From NCBI GenBank assembly GCA_964630055.1, contig CAZVRA010000003.1, forward strand, positions 4,443 to 68,442: DNA of 64,000 bases, given 5' to 3'. The translations under genes and the position numbers were made by a program. Positions 54,953 through 63,633 of the stretch are shown here, piece after piece. The notes beneath the pieces were generated by a model, which made no database searches, was not told the origin of the DNA, and saw only the letters and a list, made by a program, of their open reading frames with translations. The stretch comes from an uncultured Candidatus Saccharibacteria bacterium. GTDB lineage: Bacteria > Patescibacteriota > Saccharimonadia > Saccharimonadales > CAZVRA01. Positions within the stretch are counted from its first letter, which is position 1. Each line of letters opens with the position of its first letter.

Positions 54953-55699
54953 ATGAGCTTGGCTGGGGACCAAAAACGCCGGCTCGATGTGGCAGTAGTC
55001 GCGCTTGGGCTGGTGCCAACTCGCAGCCAGGCCGAAAGTTACATTCGGCTTGGCAAGGTTTTGGTCAATGGCCAGGCCATCACTAAACCCGGCGCTCTGG
55101 TGCGGTCGGACCAAAAAATAGCGCTGAATGTCGGCGAACAATACGTAAGCCGGGCTGGCCTAAAATTGGCCAGCATTGCCAAGGCTTTTGACCTAGATTT
55201 TAGGGGCAAGACGGTGCTCGATGTGGGGTCATCTACCGGCGGCTTTACCGATTTTGCGCTGCGCCGTGGTGCCAAAAAAGTTATTGCCGTAGAGCTCGGG
55301 CGCGGTCAAATGCACCCCAGCTTGCGTGGTGATCAGCGCATAGAGCTACATGAGCAGACTGATATTCGTAATTTCAAGACCCCCGAGCAAATCAATATTG
55401 TTTTGGCCGACGTGTCGTTTGTTAGCCTGCGGCAATTGTTGCCGCATGTTTTATCGCTTTGTGAACCCGACACGCAATTAGTGGTTATGGTTAAGCCTCA
55501 GTTTGAGGCAGCCGCTAGCAATTTAAAGCACAAGGGTGTGATCAAAAACGAAAGAGTCCGGCGAGATATTTTGCATGGCTTCGAGGAGTGGGCCAAGCAG
55601 TATTTTGTTGTGCGTGCCAAGGCCGATTCGCAGGTAGCTGGAGCCAAGGGCAACCGCGAGCGTTTTTACTTGCTGAATCCAGCTACTAGGGCCAAATAA
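54953..55699 (+). CDS. tlyA: TlyA-family rRNA 2'-O-methyltransferase (S4 domain + FtsJ fold)
   Basis: RRLDVAVVALGLVPTRSQAESYIRLGKVLVNGQ (S4), LDVGSSTGGFTDFAL (SAM site). Start at the ATG at 54953. The ORF track starts at 54917, inside efp. Confidence 0.9.
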   Translation: MSLAGDQKRRLDVAVVALGLVPTRSQAESYIRLGKVLVNGQAITKPGALVRSDQKIALNVGEQYVSRAGLKLASIAKAFDLDFRGKTVLDVGSSTGGFTDFALRRGAKKVIAVELGRGQMHPSLRGDQRIELHEQTDIRNFKTPEQINIVLADVSFVSLRQLLPHVLSLCEPDTQLVVMVKPQFEAAASNLKHKGVIKNERVRRDILHGFEEWAKQYFVVRAKADSQVAGAKGNRERFYLLNPATRAK

Positions 55700-55700
55700 C

Positions 55701-55728
55701 TTGACAAATACGGCAAGTTGTGTATAAT
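55701..55728 (+). promoter_or_regulatory. Near-consensus promoter TTGACA-16 nt-TATAAT with ~65-nt A-rich leader
   Basis: Hexamers at 55701-55706 and 55723-55728, upstream of the ORF at 55794. Confidence 0.55.
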
Positions 55729-55793
55729 AAAAAACATAATAATTTAAAATAAAAAACGTATAAAACACAAAATAACAAACAGAAAGGGCCCTG

Positions 55794-56444
55794 ATGACAG
55801 GCGACCATTCAGGCAAATCAAATCCCAACAAACCCATCGACGGCATCAGAGCGACGAGCGATGCCGACAGAAGCCAAGAGTTTAGGGACGGCCGCACTAG
55901 CATTATGAGAGAAGCGCAGAAACTTTTTGAGACTCTTCGCAAACAGGCCGAAAATATGGACCGAACGACTAGTTTTGGTATGATGATTATCGGCCAGGCC
56001 GGTATAACAAGGGAAATCATAAAAGATCCGTTTGATGGGCCGGTTAACATGATGGTCGAAAGACGCAGTAACAAGGCGCCGGTAATGTTTAACCATGACA
56101 AAGAAAACGGCACTTATTCGCTTACCATAGACAACCCTGTAGAGGAAACTTTTACAGAAGTAAATTTCAACGAGTCGGAATACAATTATATTGCGGGCGA
56201 GCAGGGTAATTGGGATGATAGACAAGAATTAGTGCCCAGCCTTAACGAGGTTGCATCGGTCAAGGTAACCAAAAATGATGGTTCGCAGGAAGGTTTTGCG
56301 GTTCGTGCTAACGGTTCTGTGGTTGTTCAAGCGCGTGATGCTGGCCGAAACGGGATGAATCGGTTAGCAAATGCCAACGAAGCCCAGCTAAATGATTTTG
56401 CACAGCAACTTGCTGGTCTAGAAGAAACTATTTTTACAAACTAG
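55794..56444 (+). CDS. Hypothetical soluble protein
   Basis: 216 aa with no signal peptide or known motif. The 3' end overlaps the convergent PRTase gene by 11 nt. Confidence 0.55.
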   Translation: MTGDHSGKSNPNKPIDGIRATSDADRSQEFRDGRTSIMREAQKLFETLRKQAENMDRTTSFGMMIIGQAGITREIIKDPFDGPVNMMVERRSNKAPVMFNHDKENGTYSLTIDNPVEETFTEVNFNESEYNYIAGEQGNWDDRQELVPSLNEVASVKVTKNDGSQEGFAVRANGSVVVQARDAGRNGMNRLANANEAQLNDFAQQLAGLEETIFTN

Positions 56445-57138
56445 TTGAGGGCATCTTGGCGGCAGATTTAGTGCCTGACGATTTGTTCCAGTGGTTAACG
56501 ATACCTTTGATTGTATCAACAATTGTTTGATGCGGTGGCAGGGTATTGTCTTCGTAGTAGTGGTTGGTCCCCATAAAGTTTTCGACCACGCCGAGGCAAT
56601 AAATTTGGTCGCCTAGCAGGTGCATGCGGTCTACGGCAGATATGCTGGCAACAGGGGTGGCAATGATTAATTTACGTATTTTTGTGGTTTTGAGATAAAG
56701 GGTGGCTGCGTCTAGCGAGAACCCGGCGCCTAGGCCGTCGGATACCAAAATTACGGTGTGGCCGCGTAGTAAGTCGCGGCGGATGAGCCCGTCTTTGCCG
56801 AGCATTCGGTGCATGGCGCTAAGTTTTTCTCGCTTTTTTTCCTCGAAAACTTGGTGGTATTCCATGTTAAACTCCTCGAGCTGGCCGGATGAGTAGAGGC
56901 TGTTGTAGGTAAAGCCGCCATCTTGGTTGATGCTGGCCACGGCTTCTGGCTCGCCTGGGGCGTGGATTGGTTCGGTGAGTAGCATGGTTATGACGCAGCG
57001 CAGGGCGGCGGCAATTTGGGCGCCGACCACCACGCCACCGTCGGACAGGGCGACCACTGCACAGGATTCTAGGCTAAAGTCGGGCGCAATTTGCTCGGCT
57101 AGTTGCTGCCCGGCGCTGACTCGGTTACTGAAATACAT
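56434..57138 (-). CDS. Phosphoribosyltransferase-family protein
   Basis: PRPP-binding-type motif HTVILVSDGLGAGFS. Start refined to the ATG at 57138, 7 nt after TATACT (57146-57151). The ORF track starts at a TTG at 57174. Confidence 0.8.
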   Translation of the reverse strand: MYFSNRVSAGQQLAEQIAPDFSLESCAVVALSDGGVVVGAQIAAALRCVITMLLTEPIHAPGEPEAVASINQDGGFTYNSLYSSGQLEEFNMEYHQVFEEKKREKLSAMHRMLGKDGLIRRDLLRGHTVILVSDGLGAGFSLDAATLYLKTTKIRKLIIATPVASISAVDRMHLLGDQIYCLGVVENFMGTNHYYEDNTLPPHQTIVDTIKGIVNHWNKSSGTKSAAKMPSTSL

Positions 57139-57229
57139 GCTTTGTAGTATAGCTTTTTGGCGGGCAAAACCCAAAAAGCGCCAAGGTTTTACGTGGTATG
57201 CGCTGTGGCGTTAGCAGCGTTAAGCGGCG

Positions 57230-58324
57230 CTAGACGTTAAAGCGGAATTCGACTACGTCGCCGGGTTGCATGACGTAGGTTTTGCCCTCGGTGCGAACTT
57301 TGCCAGCGGCCTTGGCCGCTGGCTCGCTGCCGGCGGCTATTAAATCGGCGTAGTCGATAACTTGGGCGGCGATGAAGCCACGTTCGAAGTCGCCATGAAT
57401 GACGCCGGCAGCTTGCGGCGCGGTGGCACCGCGCCGCACGGTCCAGGCACGCACCTCTTGAGGCCCGGCTGTGAGGTAGCTTTGTAAGCCTAGCGTGTGG
57501 TAGGCGGCGGTGATAAGTTGCTCGAGGCCAGACTTTTCCACGCCGTAACTGCCTAGCAGCTCGATGCGGTCAGGTTCGTCTAGACCGCGCAGTTCGCTTT
57601 CGAGCTTAGCGCATATAAAGACGCTGTCGGCGGCGCCGACTAGAGCCCGCAGCTCGGCCTGCTTAGCACTGTCGCTCAGCATGGCTTCGTCGACATTGAA
57701 CACATAAATAACCGGTTTAAGTGTCAGTAGCTGCAACTCTTGGCGCAGCCAGCCGGCGCTTGTGTCATCCATAATTGCGGCTTGGGTGTGTAGGGGCGTG
57801 CCGGCGTCGAGCAGATCGGCGGCAGTTTGGAGGAGCTTAAGTTCGGGCGCCAGCTTAGGGTTGACGCGGGCTTCTTTGGCCAGGCGGGGCAGGCGCTTTT
57901 GGACGGTTTGCAGGTCTGCCAGGACCAGCTCGGTGTTGATAACATCTATGTCTTTTTGGGGGTTATGAGCATTGTCCACATGCTGGACGTCAGGGTCGAT
58001 GAAGGCGCGCACCACGTGGGCAATGGCGTTGCAGCTGCGGATGTTGGCTAGAAACTGATTGCCCAGGCCCTCGCCCTGGCTGGCGCCGGCCACTAGGCCG
58101 GCGATGTCTACAAAAGTGACCGTGGCTGGCACGATTTTTTTGCTGCCGTATAGCTCGGCCAGTTTAGCCAAACGCGGGTCCGGAACTGGCACAATGCCAG
58201 TGTTGGGCTCGATGGTGGCAAACGGATAATTGGCAGCCAGAATTTCGCTATCTGTCAGCGCATTAAAAAGCGTACTTTTGCCTACGTTGGGCAGACCTAC
58301 AATTCCAATATATAACGAACTCAT
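57230..58324 (-). CDS. ychF: Ribosome-binding ATPase YchF
   Basis: IGIVGLPNVGKSTLFNALT, DIAGLV, C-terminal TGS-like domain. Start at the ATG at 58324, 7 nt after TATAAT (58332-58337). The ORF track extends to 58429. Confidence 0.95.
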   Translation of the reverse strand: MSSLYIGIVGLPNVGKSTLFNALTDSEILAANYPFATIEPNTGIVPVPDPRLAKLAELYGSKKIVPATVTFVDIAGLVAGASQGEGLGNQFLANIRSCNAIAHVVRAFIDPDVQHVDNAHNPQKDIDVINTELVLADLQTVQKRLPRLAKEARVNPKLAPELKLLQTAADLLDAGTPLHTQAAIMDDTSAGWLRQELQLLTLKPVIYVFNVDEAMLSDSAKQAELRALVGAADSVFICAKLESELRGLDEPDRIELLGSYGVEKSGLEQLITAAYHTLGLQSYLTAGPQEVRAWTVRRGATAPQAAGVIHGDFERGFIAAQVIDYADLIAAGSEPAAKAAGKVRTEGKTYVMQPGDVVEFRFNV

Positions 58325-58557
58325 AACAGGTATTATAACAGAGGTGACGATAAAAGCTAAACGCTGCGGCGATTCGGCGACGGGGCGAACTCTGTGTGTT
58401 CTCACACAACACATACAATACACATACAAAAGACATATAACGTATGTATTGTGCTAGAACATATGTTACGCTGCGGCCGCCCGCTGACCATAACCAGCCA
58501 AAGCCGGCGGGCCAAGTCGCAACCGGTTCAATACACCGGCACAACCCTAGTTTCTTG

Positions 58558-59721
58558 TTAGTTTTTTTGTTCTAGTGCGGCGCGAGTGCTGTTGTAGGCG
58601 GGTTTTGGTCGGTAGCGGCGGTCAAACATGAGGGGCCGGGGGTCTTTGATGCCAATGTAGTTGTACCAAGTTTCGGCGTCGGTTATGCCTAGGTAGGCAA
58701 AGCTGCGGCAGGCGCGGACTTCTATGCAGGCGCGCATCATTTCGTAGTAAATGTTGCCTTGGACGCGGTCTTTGCTGGCGGGGTCGGCTTGCAGGTCGGC
58801 CATGTTGACATCGAATTCGGTAATATAAATTTGTAGGCCTAGGTCGGCAAAGCGCTTCATGTTGGATACGACTTCGTCTTTGGCGGGCGGATGCGCGCCG
58901 TCTAGGTGCATTTGCATGCCGATTCCGTCTATGGGAACGCCGCGGGCAAGGGCGCCCTTGACGTAGTCGTACATTATGTTGGATGTTTGGTTGATGGATT
59001 CGTTGTTGAAATCGTTAAGTATTAGTTTGCTGGATGGGTCGGCTTGGCGGGCCCAAATGAAGGATTGGTCTATGTAGTCCTGGCCGCCGGTGGCATCGGC
59101 CCACCAATCTCGAAGATCATACAAATGTTGCTGGCGGGTGAATGGTTCGTTGACGACCGTCCATTCGCGGATGCGGCCTTTGTAGCGGCCGCCGACTGTC
59201 ATGATGTGGTCGCGCAGCAGGTCGTTTAGCTGCTGTTTGTTAAAATTGCCTTTTTTGAGCCATTCGGGTAGCCATTTTTGTTCGCCCCAAACGTAGTGGT
59301 GCGATTGTATGGGCATATTATGGCTTTCGGCAAAGCCAACAACTTTGTCCATTTGGTCAAAGCTATAGCTTTTGGGGCCTGGGCGCAGCCCGCCATCGGT
59401 AAAGTACCAGTTGGGCGTGTTGTCGGCTAGGGCAAAATGGAACTGAGAGGTCAAAATGTTGGTGTAGGGCACGGAGTTTAAATGATTGGCGATGGCAAAG
59501 TTGCCTAGCTGTATGCCGTGGTTGGCCGCCAGGTCTTTTAGCGGCGGCTCCGGCAGGCGAGGTGACGGCGGCTGATACCAAAAACGCCAATAAAATATGC
59601 CGCCGGCCAAAACCAACACAAAAAATGCTATAATGCCCAAAATTGTCCGCCGCTGCAAGCGGGCTAGTTGACTGTCCAGCGTGGGCGGATCGGCCACAGT
59701 GCTTTTGCCAGTTTTTGCCAT
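58558..59721 (-). CDS. Glycoside hydrolase family 10 (endo-1,4-beta-xylanase-like), N-terminally membrane-anchored
   Basis: WTVVNEP (acid/base Glu), IYITEFDV (nucleophile Glu), GIGMQMHL. N-terminal helix ILGIIAFFVLVLAGGIFYW. Confidence 0.85.
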   Translation of the reverse strand: MAKTGKSTVADPPTLDSQLARLQRRTILGIIAFFVLVLAGGIFYWRFWYQPPSPRLPEPPLKDLAANHGIQLGNFAIANHLNSVPYTNILTSQFHFALADNTPNWYFTDGGLRPGPKSYSFDQMDKVVGFAESHNMPIQSHHYVWGEQKWLPEWLKKGNFNKQQLNDLLRDHIMTVGGRYKGRIREWTVVNEPFTRQQHLYDLRDWWADATGGQDYIDQSFIWARQADPSSKLILNDFNNESINQTSNIMYDYVKGALARGVPIDGIGMQMHLDGAHPPAKDEVVSNMKRFADLGLQIYITEFDVNMADLQADPASKDRVQGNIYYEMMRACIEVRACRSFAYLGITDAETWYNYIGIKDPRPLMFDRRYRPKPAYNSTRAALEQKN

Positions 59722-59757
59722 AAGACTATGTTATCACAGATGGCGGCGGGTAACGCT

Positions 59758-59821
59758 CGGCCAATAACGCCCGGCCAATAATACCTGGCTAGTAGTGCGC
59801 AGACAAATAATGCCCGGCCAA
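59758..59821. repeat. Three copies of CGGCCAA (two as CGGCCAATAA, 14 nt apart) upstream of TTGACA-18-TACAAT
   Basis: Copies at 59758-59767, 59772-59781 and 59815-59821, in the divergent region between the GH10 gene and the ORF at 59866. Confidence 0.5.
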
Positions 59822-59865
59822 CTGTTTGACAACCGGCATTAAGCACAAGTACAATTAAGCTAACT

Positions 59866-60867
59866 ATGGACGAAGGGTCAACACAGCCAGATAATATTGG
59901 GGTTAAATTAGTTAACAAGAACGCCGGAATTGGTCGACGTAATTTGATCCGACTAATATTAATAATAATTCTAACCCTTGTTTTAGCGCTGGCATTCTTT
60001 CTGGTTAGAAGGCTGCAATTACCGGCTTTGCAAATAGGCGACACCAAAATATCGCGTAGTCAATTTAATAAACTATCTACACAGGCCAAAAAAGCTAAGT
60101 TTCCTGACAATAAAATAGAAGATACGATTATAAATTTTGAGAAAGCAAAGATAGCCGCCAAAGCGGTTGGTGTGGTCATCAATAATGATACTGTTAAAGC
60201 TACGGCTCTGCGCAGCATAAAACCAGAGGAAAAAAATAAAGAACCTAACGAATGGCAAATTCTGAATGCAACACAGCAATTTATTGACCAAGAACTACTA
60301 TCAATGCGCGCCGAAGGCTATGATGGATCTATATTCTATTTCCCGTTTTCTAAGCATGTGCTAGCGGCTGGAATGGACCCAAAATCGGCTGATCCGCTTT
60401 TTGGTGATGCAAAAGCGATCGCCGAAGATAGACAGTACGCCTCTACAGCGGCAAATGATATGCGACAGAAGATATTGAGCAAGAATATTAGCGTTGACGA
60501 TGCTTTAAATAAAGTCACAACCGACGAAAGATTACATTATGGCATATCTCCAAATACGTCTCGTAGTTTTGTTGCCGACAAACAAGGAAATTCATTCAAC
60601 AAAGACCGGGGCGCCAATGAGCATTTGCCTAGTTATGTGGTCGACAAAATCACTGCCTTAAAAGAAGGCGAGGTGTCGAATATTGAGATTGAGATTCAGC
60701 AAAATCTAGAACCGGCCACCAGAAAATTTGTACGTAATGAAGTAGCTTTTTACTTTGTTGTCCTATCAAGGAAGCGGACTGCCGAAACAGATGTACAGGG
60801 TCAGTATATTAGTAAAATTAGTAAAATAAAGGTAAGTAATAATGTTAAGCTATTCGCTATCAAATAA
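59866..60867 (+). CDS. Membrane-anchored extracytoplasmic protein, tentatively SurA/PrsA-like foldase
   Basis: N-terminal anchor LIRLILIIILTLVLALAFFLV. The C-terminal segment PSYVVDKITALKEGEVSNIEIEI resembles a degenerate parvulin-type pattern. Weak call. Confidence 0.6.
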   Translation: MDEGSTQPDNIGVKLVNKNAGIGRRNLIRLILIIILTLVLALAFFLVRRLQLPALQIGDTKISRSQFNKLSTQAKKAKFPDNKIEDTIINFEKAKIAAKAVGVVINNDTVKATALRSIKPEEKNKEPNEWQILNATQQFIDQELLSMRAEGYDGSIFYFPFSKHVLAAGMDPKSADPLFGDAKAIAEDRQYASTAANDMRQKILSKNISVDDALNKVTTDERLHYGISPNTSRSFVADKQGNSFNKDRGANEHLPSYVVDKITALKEGEVSNIEIEIQQNLEPATRKFVRNEVAFYFVVLSRKRTAETDVQGQYISKISKIKVSNNVKLFAIK

Positions 60868-63031
60868 CAGACTTAAGCTCTTCCTAGCTTCGTTATTTGC
60901 TACTTTTGTTTTCGGTGGTTTACTAGCGCTCTTTAATCCTCAAAAGGCTTCCGCAGCGGTGGGCTGTGTACCATATCCCGGTGCCGCGTATTTTAATGCA
61001 ACAATTATTGTTAGGATAGTCGAACCAGATGGTAGAGTTTGGGTTTCTGATGACTTTAATTTTGATGTGGGAGCTTTTGACCCAATGGCCGGTACTAGAT
61101 ATGCCATACCAGATAATGAGCTAAATAGTGCTGTTAATCTTTTCTATGGTAGCAGAACCAGGAATATTCAGGCCAAAAAGGGTGGGCTTGGCATGGAGCA
61201 ATGCAATGTATTTGGCACTAATATATCGCGATATGTTTTTGGCGATGGGGACCCAAATGACCCCATACCAAACGCCATGTTGGCTTGTTGGTGGAAGCCG
61301 GCAGGCTGGAGAGGATCACCAAGAGCACATGGATTAGGATTTGTGTTTCATATAACATCGATAAATGATATTGGCGGTAGGCCTGGATATTGGGATGCGA
61401 GCAGTAGCGAGGGCTTTAACTTTGCTAATACAAGCGGATACGATCACCTAAATGACATGAGTGATGATATGATATTCACTTATCATGTGACACAGCCAAC
61501 GACATCAGGTCCGGCCGAACCTGATCTTAATATAATAGATACTCCTTGTGATGGAGTTATTGTAAGCTCTAATGCGCCAGAGATGTATATATACTATCAA
61601 ACTCCCTGGAGTTTTTATACTGGCTGGAACTATCCTTACGGAGCACTATCAGTGCCTTCTGGTAGGACAATGGCTTATGCGGCGATTGTGAATCGAGGCC
61701 CAGATCAAAAGGTTAGATGGGTCGACCATGCCTGGAATAGGTCACCTGGCTGTACGCGCAATTTTATCGTGACTCCGTTGCCTAGTAAGCCTACTTTTAT
61801 TGGTCCAGAAGATAATCCTTCTGGAGCGAGTTTTTCCGGGGGCAACGTTTCTAGTGATGTAGCAATTAATAAGGTCAATATAACATGTGACTACACGCTA
61901 GTTCGTTCTAATCCTAGTAGTCCTACAAGACTAGCTAGCGATAGCATAAAGATTGGCATTAACGGATCCGTCGGTGTATGTGCTAAGAGCATAGGAGGAT
62001 TTAGCGTAGCTCCGGGTGATCAGTTATGCCTAACTATTTCTGCCGATCCTGGTAGCGGAACAGTTGATTACGACGGTAACGTGAGGTCTAATAATGGATC
62101 GGTAACTAGTACCGCTACTTGCGAAACAATTAAGGCCAAACCCTACATTGGCGCCTTTGGTGGTGATGTTAGAGCCGGTGGTGTATTTGGTAACACTTGC
62201 ACCTTAGCCACTGCCGCCAAGATAGACACCTACAATGGCTCTGGCTCCCAACTGGCTGCCATAGCCTCAGGAACCATAGACACTAACGCTGGCTTTAAAA
62301 CCTTCCGCATGAACACTCCTGGCAATACTTTAGCTTTTGCTAACACTCCTTCGAGTGGCAACTTTAGCAACAGCCATTGTATACACGACTACTTTAACGA
62401 CAAGCCGGCTGACCTTGTCGGTAACTTACCCAGCTCACTTAATGGATTGGCTGACGGCATTACCTATGTTAATGGCGATCAGACTATAAATGGTAATACC
62501 AATAGCTTCGATAAGCATTCTAAGGTTTATATAAATGGCAACCTAACCATTAACAAAAATATCGCCTTTGCGAATGGTCCCTGGGGCTCGCGTGCAAGCA
62601 TCCCCGGCTTACAGGTAATTGTCAGCGGCAATATATACATAAGCAAAGATGTCACTCAGCTAGACGGTGTTTATGTGTCCAAGGGTACAGTTTACACTCG
62701 CAGCGAGGGTGTTGACCGCGCAAATGGCAACGCTATATTAACTAACAGGCTTTACGATAACTGTAATAACCAACTTGTTGTAAATGGTGCCCTAATTGCC
62801 AAGGATGTTAAGTTGCTGAGGGCCTTTGGCTCTAATTACATGGCTGGCAATAGTGAGCATCCTACTAGCTCCAAGTCGTGTGCTGCTGGCAGACAAGGCT
62901 TTACCTGTGCTGGCGAGGTGTTTAACTTTACCCCAGAAACCTACCTGGCTCAGTGGCCGGCCACAAGCGGCGGCGGCAACAACAACGGGGCTCAGTACGA
63001 CTCTATAACCAATTTGCCGCCAATATTGTAG
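60842..63031 (+). CDS. Large secreted Cys-containing protein with probable beta-helix C-terminal half
   Basis: Signal peptide ...LLALFNPQKASA/AV. C-terminal repeats of the type YVNGDQTINGN, VYINGNLTINKN, VIVSGNIYISKD, LVVNGALIAKD. Confidence 0.7.
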   Translation: MLSYSLSNNRLKLFLASLFATFVFGGLLALFNPQKASAAVGCVPYPGAAYFNATIIVRIVEPDGRVWVSDDFNFDVGAFDPMAGTRYAIPDNELNSAVNLFYGSRTRNIQAKKGGLGMEQCNVFGTNISRYVFGDGDPNDPIPNAMLACWWKPAGWRGSPRAHGLGFVFHITSINDIGGRPGYWDASSSEGFNFANTSGYDHLNDMSDDMIFTYHVTQPTTSGPAEPDLNIIDTPCDGVIVSSNAPEMYIYYQTPWSFYTGWNYPYGALSVPSGRTMAYAAIVNRGPDQKVRWVDHAWNRSPGCTRNFIVTPLPSKPTFIGPEDNPSGASFSGGNVSSDVAINKVNITCDYTLVRSNPSSPTRLASDSIKIGINGSVGVCAKSIGGFSVAPGDQLCLTISADPGSGTVDYDGNVRSNNGSVTSTATCETIKAKPYIGAFGGDVRAGGVFGNTCTLATAAKIDTYNGSGSQLAAIASGTIDTNAGFKTFRMNTPGNTLAFANTPSSGNFSNSHCIHDYFNDKPADLVGNLPSSLNGLADGITYVNGDQTINGNTNSFDKHSKVYINGNLTINKNIAFANGPWGSRASIPGLQVIVSGNIYISKDVTQLDGVYVSKGTVYTRSEGVDRANGNAILTNRLYDNCNNQLVVNGALIAKDVKLLRAFGSNYMAGNSEHPTSSKSCAAGRQGFTCAGEVFNFTPETYLAQWPATSGGGNNNGAQYDSITNLPPIL

Positions 63032-63096
63032 GTTGATTGCTTTGCAATCGCGTTCAACCATAAGTATAATAGTTGTAATATGATGGTGGTGAGCAA

Positions 63097-63633
63097 ATGA
63101 TTGATTCTGGTGCCAAAGTAGAGACTAAGCCTCTTAAGCACAAAATTCCGCACAATCTCTTGCTGTTGGTGTCGGCCACGGTGGTTATTTTGGTTGGTCT
63201 AATAATTATTTATGCTGTGCGGACCAAAAACTCAACCAGCTCCGGTCTCTGTGACGGTAAAGAAACAAGCAAAATATACAATGAAGTCGCCGATGCGCTT
63301 TACATGCCAACTAAAACCAAGCTGAGGTTGGTCGTTGAACGTATTCAAGCCGATAATAACTATCAAAAAGATCCTAGTTGTATGTACATTGTTACGCGCT
63401 ACTATACTGATACTAGCGATGTTGCTAGGGCTAGGGAGTCGTTAAATAATTTAAAAAAAGTTTACAGGTCCGATAATAACTATGTCCCTCAGATTAAAAA
63501 ATATCCGCCAACTTCTATAAAGCTATTCGAAACCGAGATTGGTCTAATAGAAGAGCGTGCAAAAAATAGCGGACAATCTAAACCAACCCCTGAAATGGTA
63601 GAGAAACTTAAGCAGATGGGCATTAATCCATGA
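63097..63633 (+). CDS. Hypothetical single-pass membrane protein with helical ectodomain
   Basis: Anchor LLLLVSATVVILVGLIIIYAV. SD GGTGGTGAG. Confidence 0.6.
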   Translation: MIDSGAKVETKPLKHKIPHNLLLLVSATVVILVGLIIIYAVRTKNSTSSGLCDGKETSKIYNEVADALYMPTKTKLRLVVERIQADNNYQKDPSCMYIVTRYYTDTSDVARARESLNNLKKVYRSDNNYVPQIKKYPPTSIKLFETEIGLIEERAKNSGQSKPTPEMVEKLKQMGINP

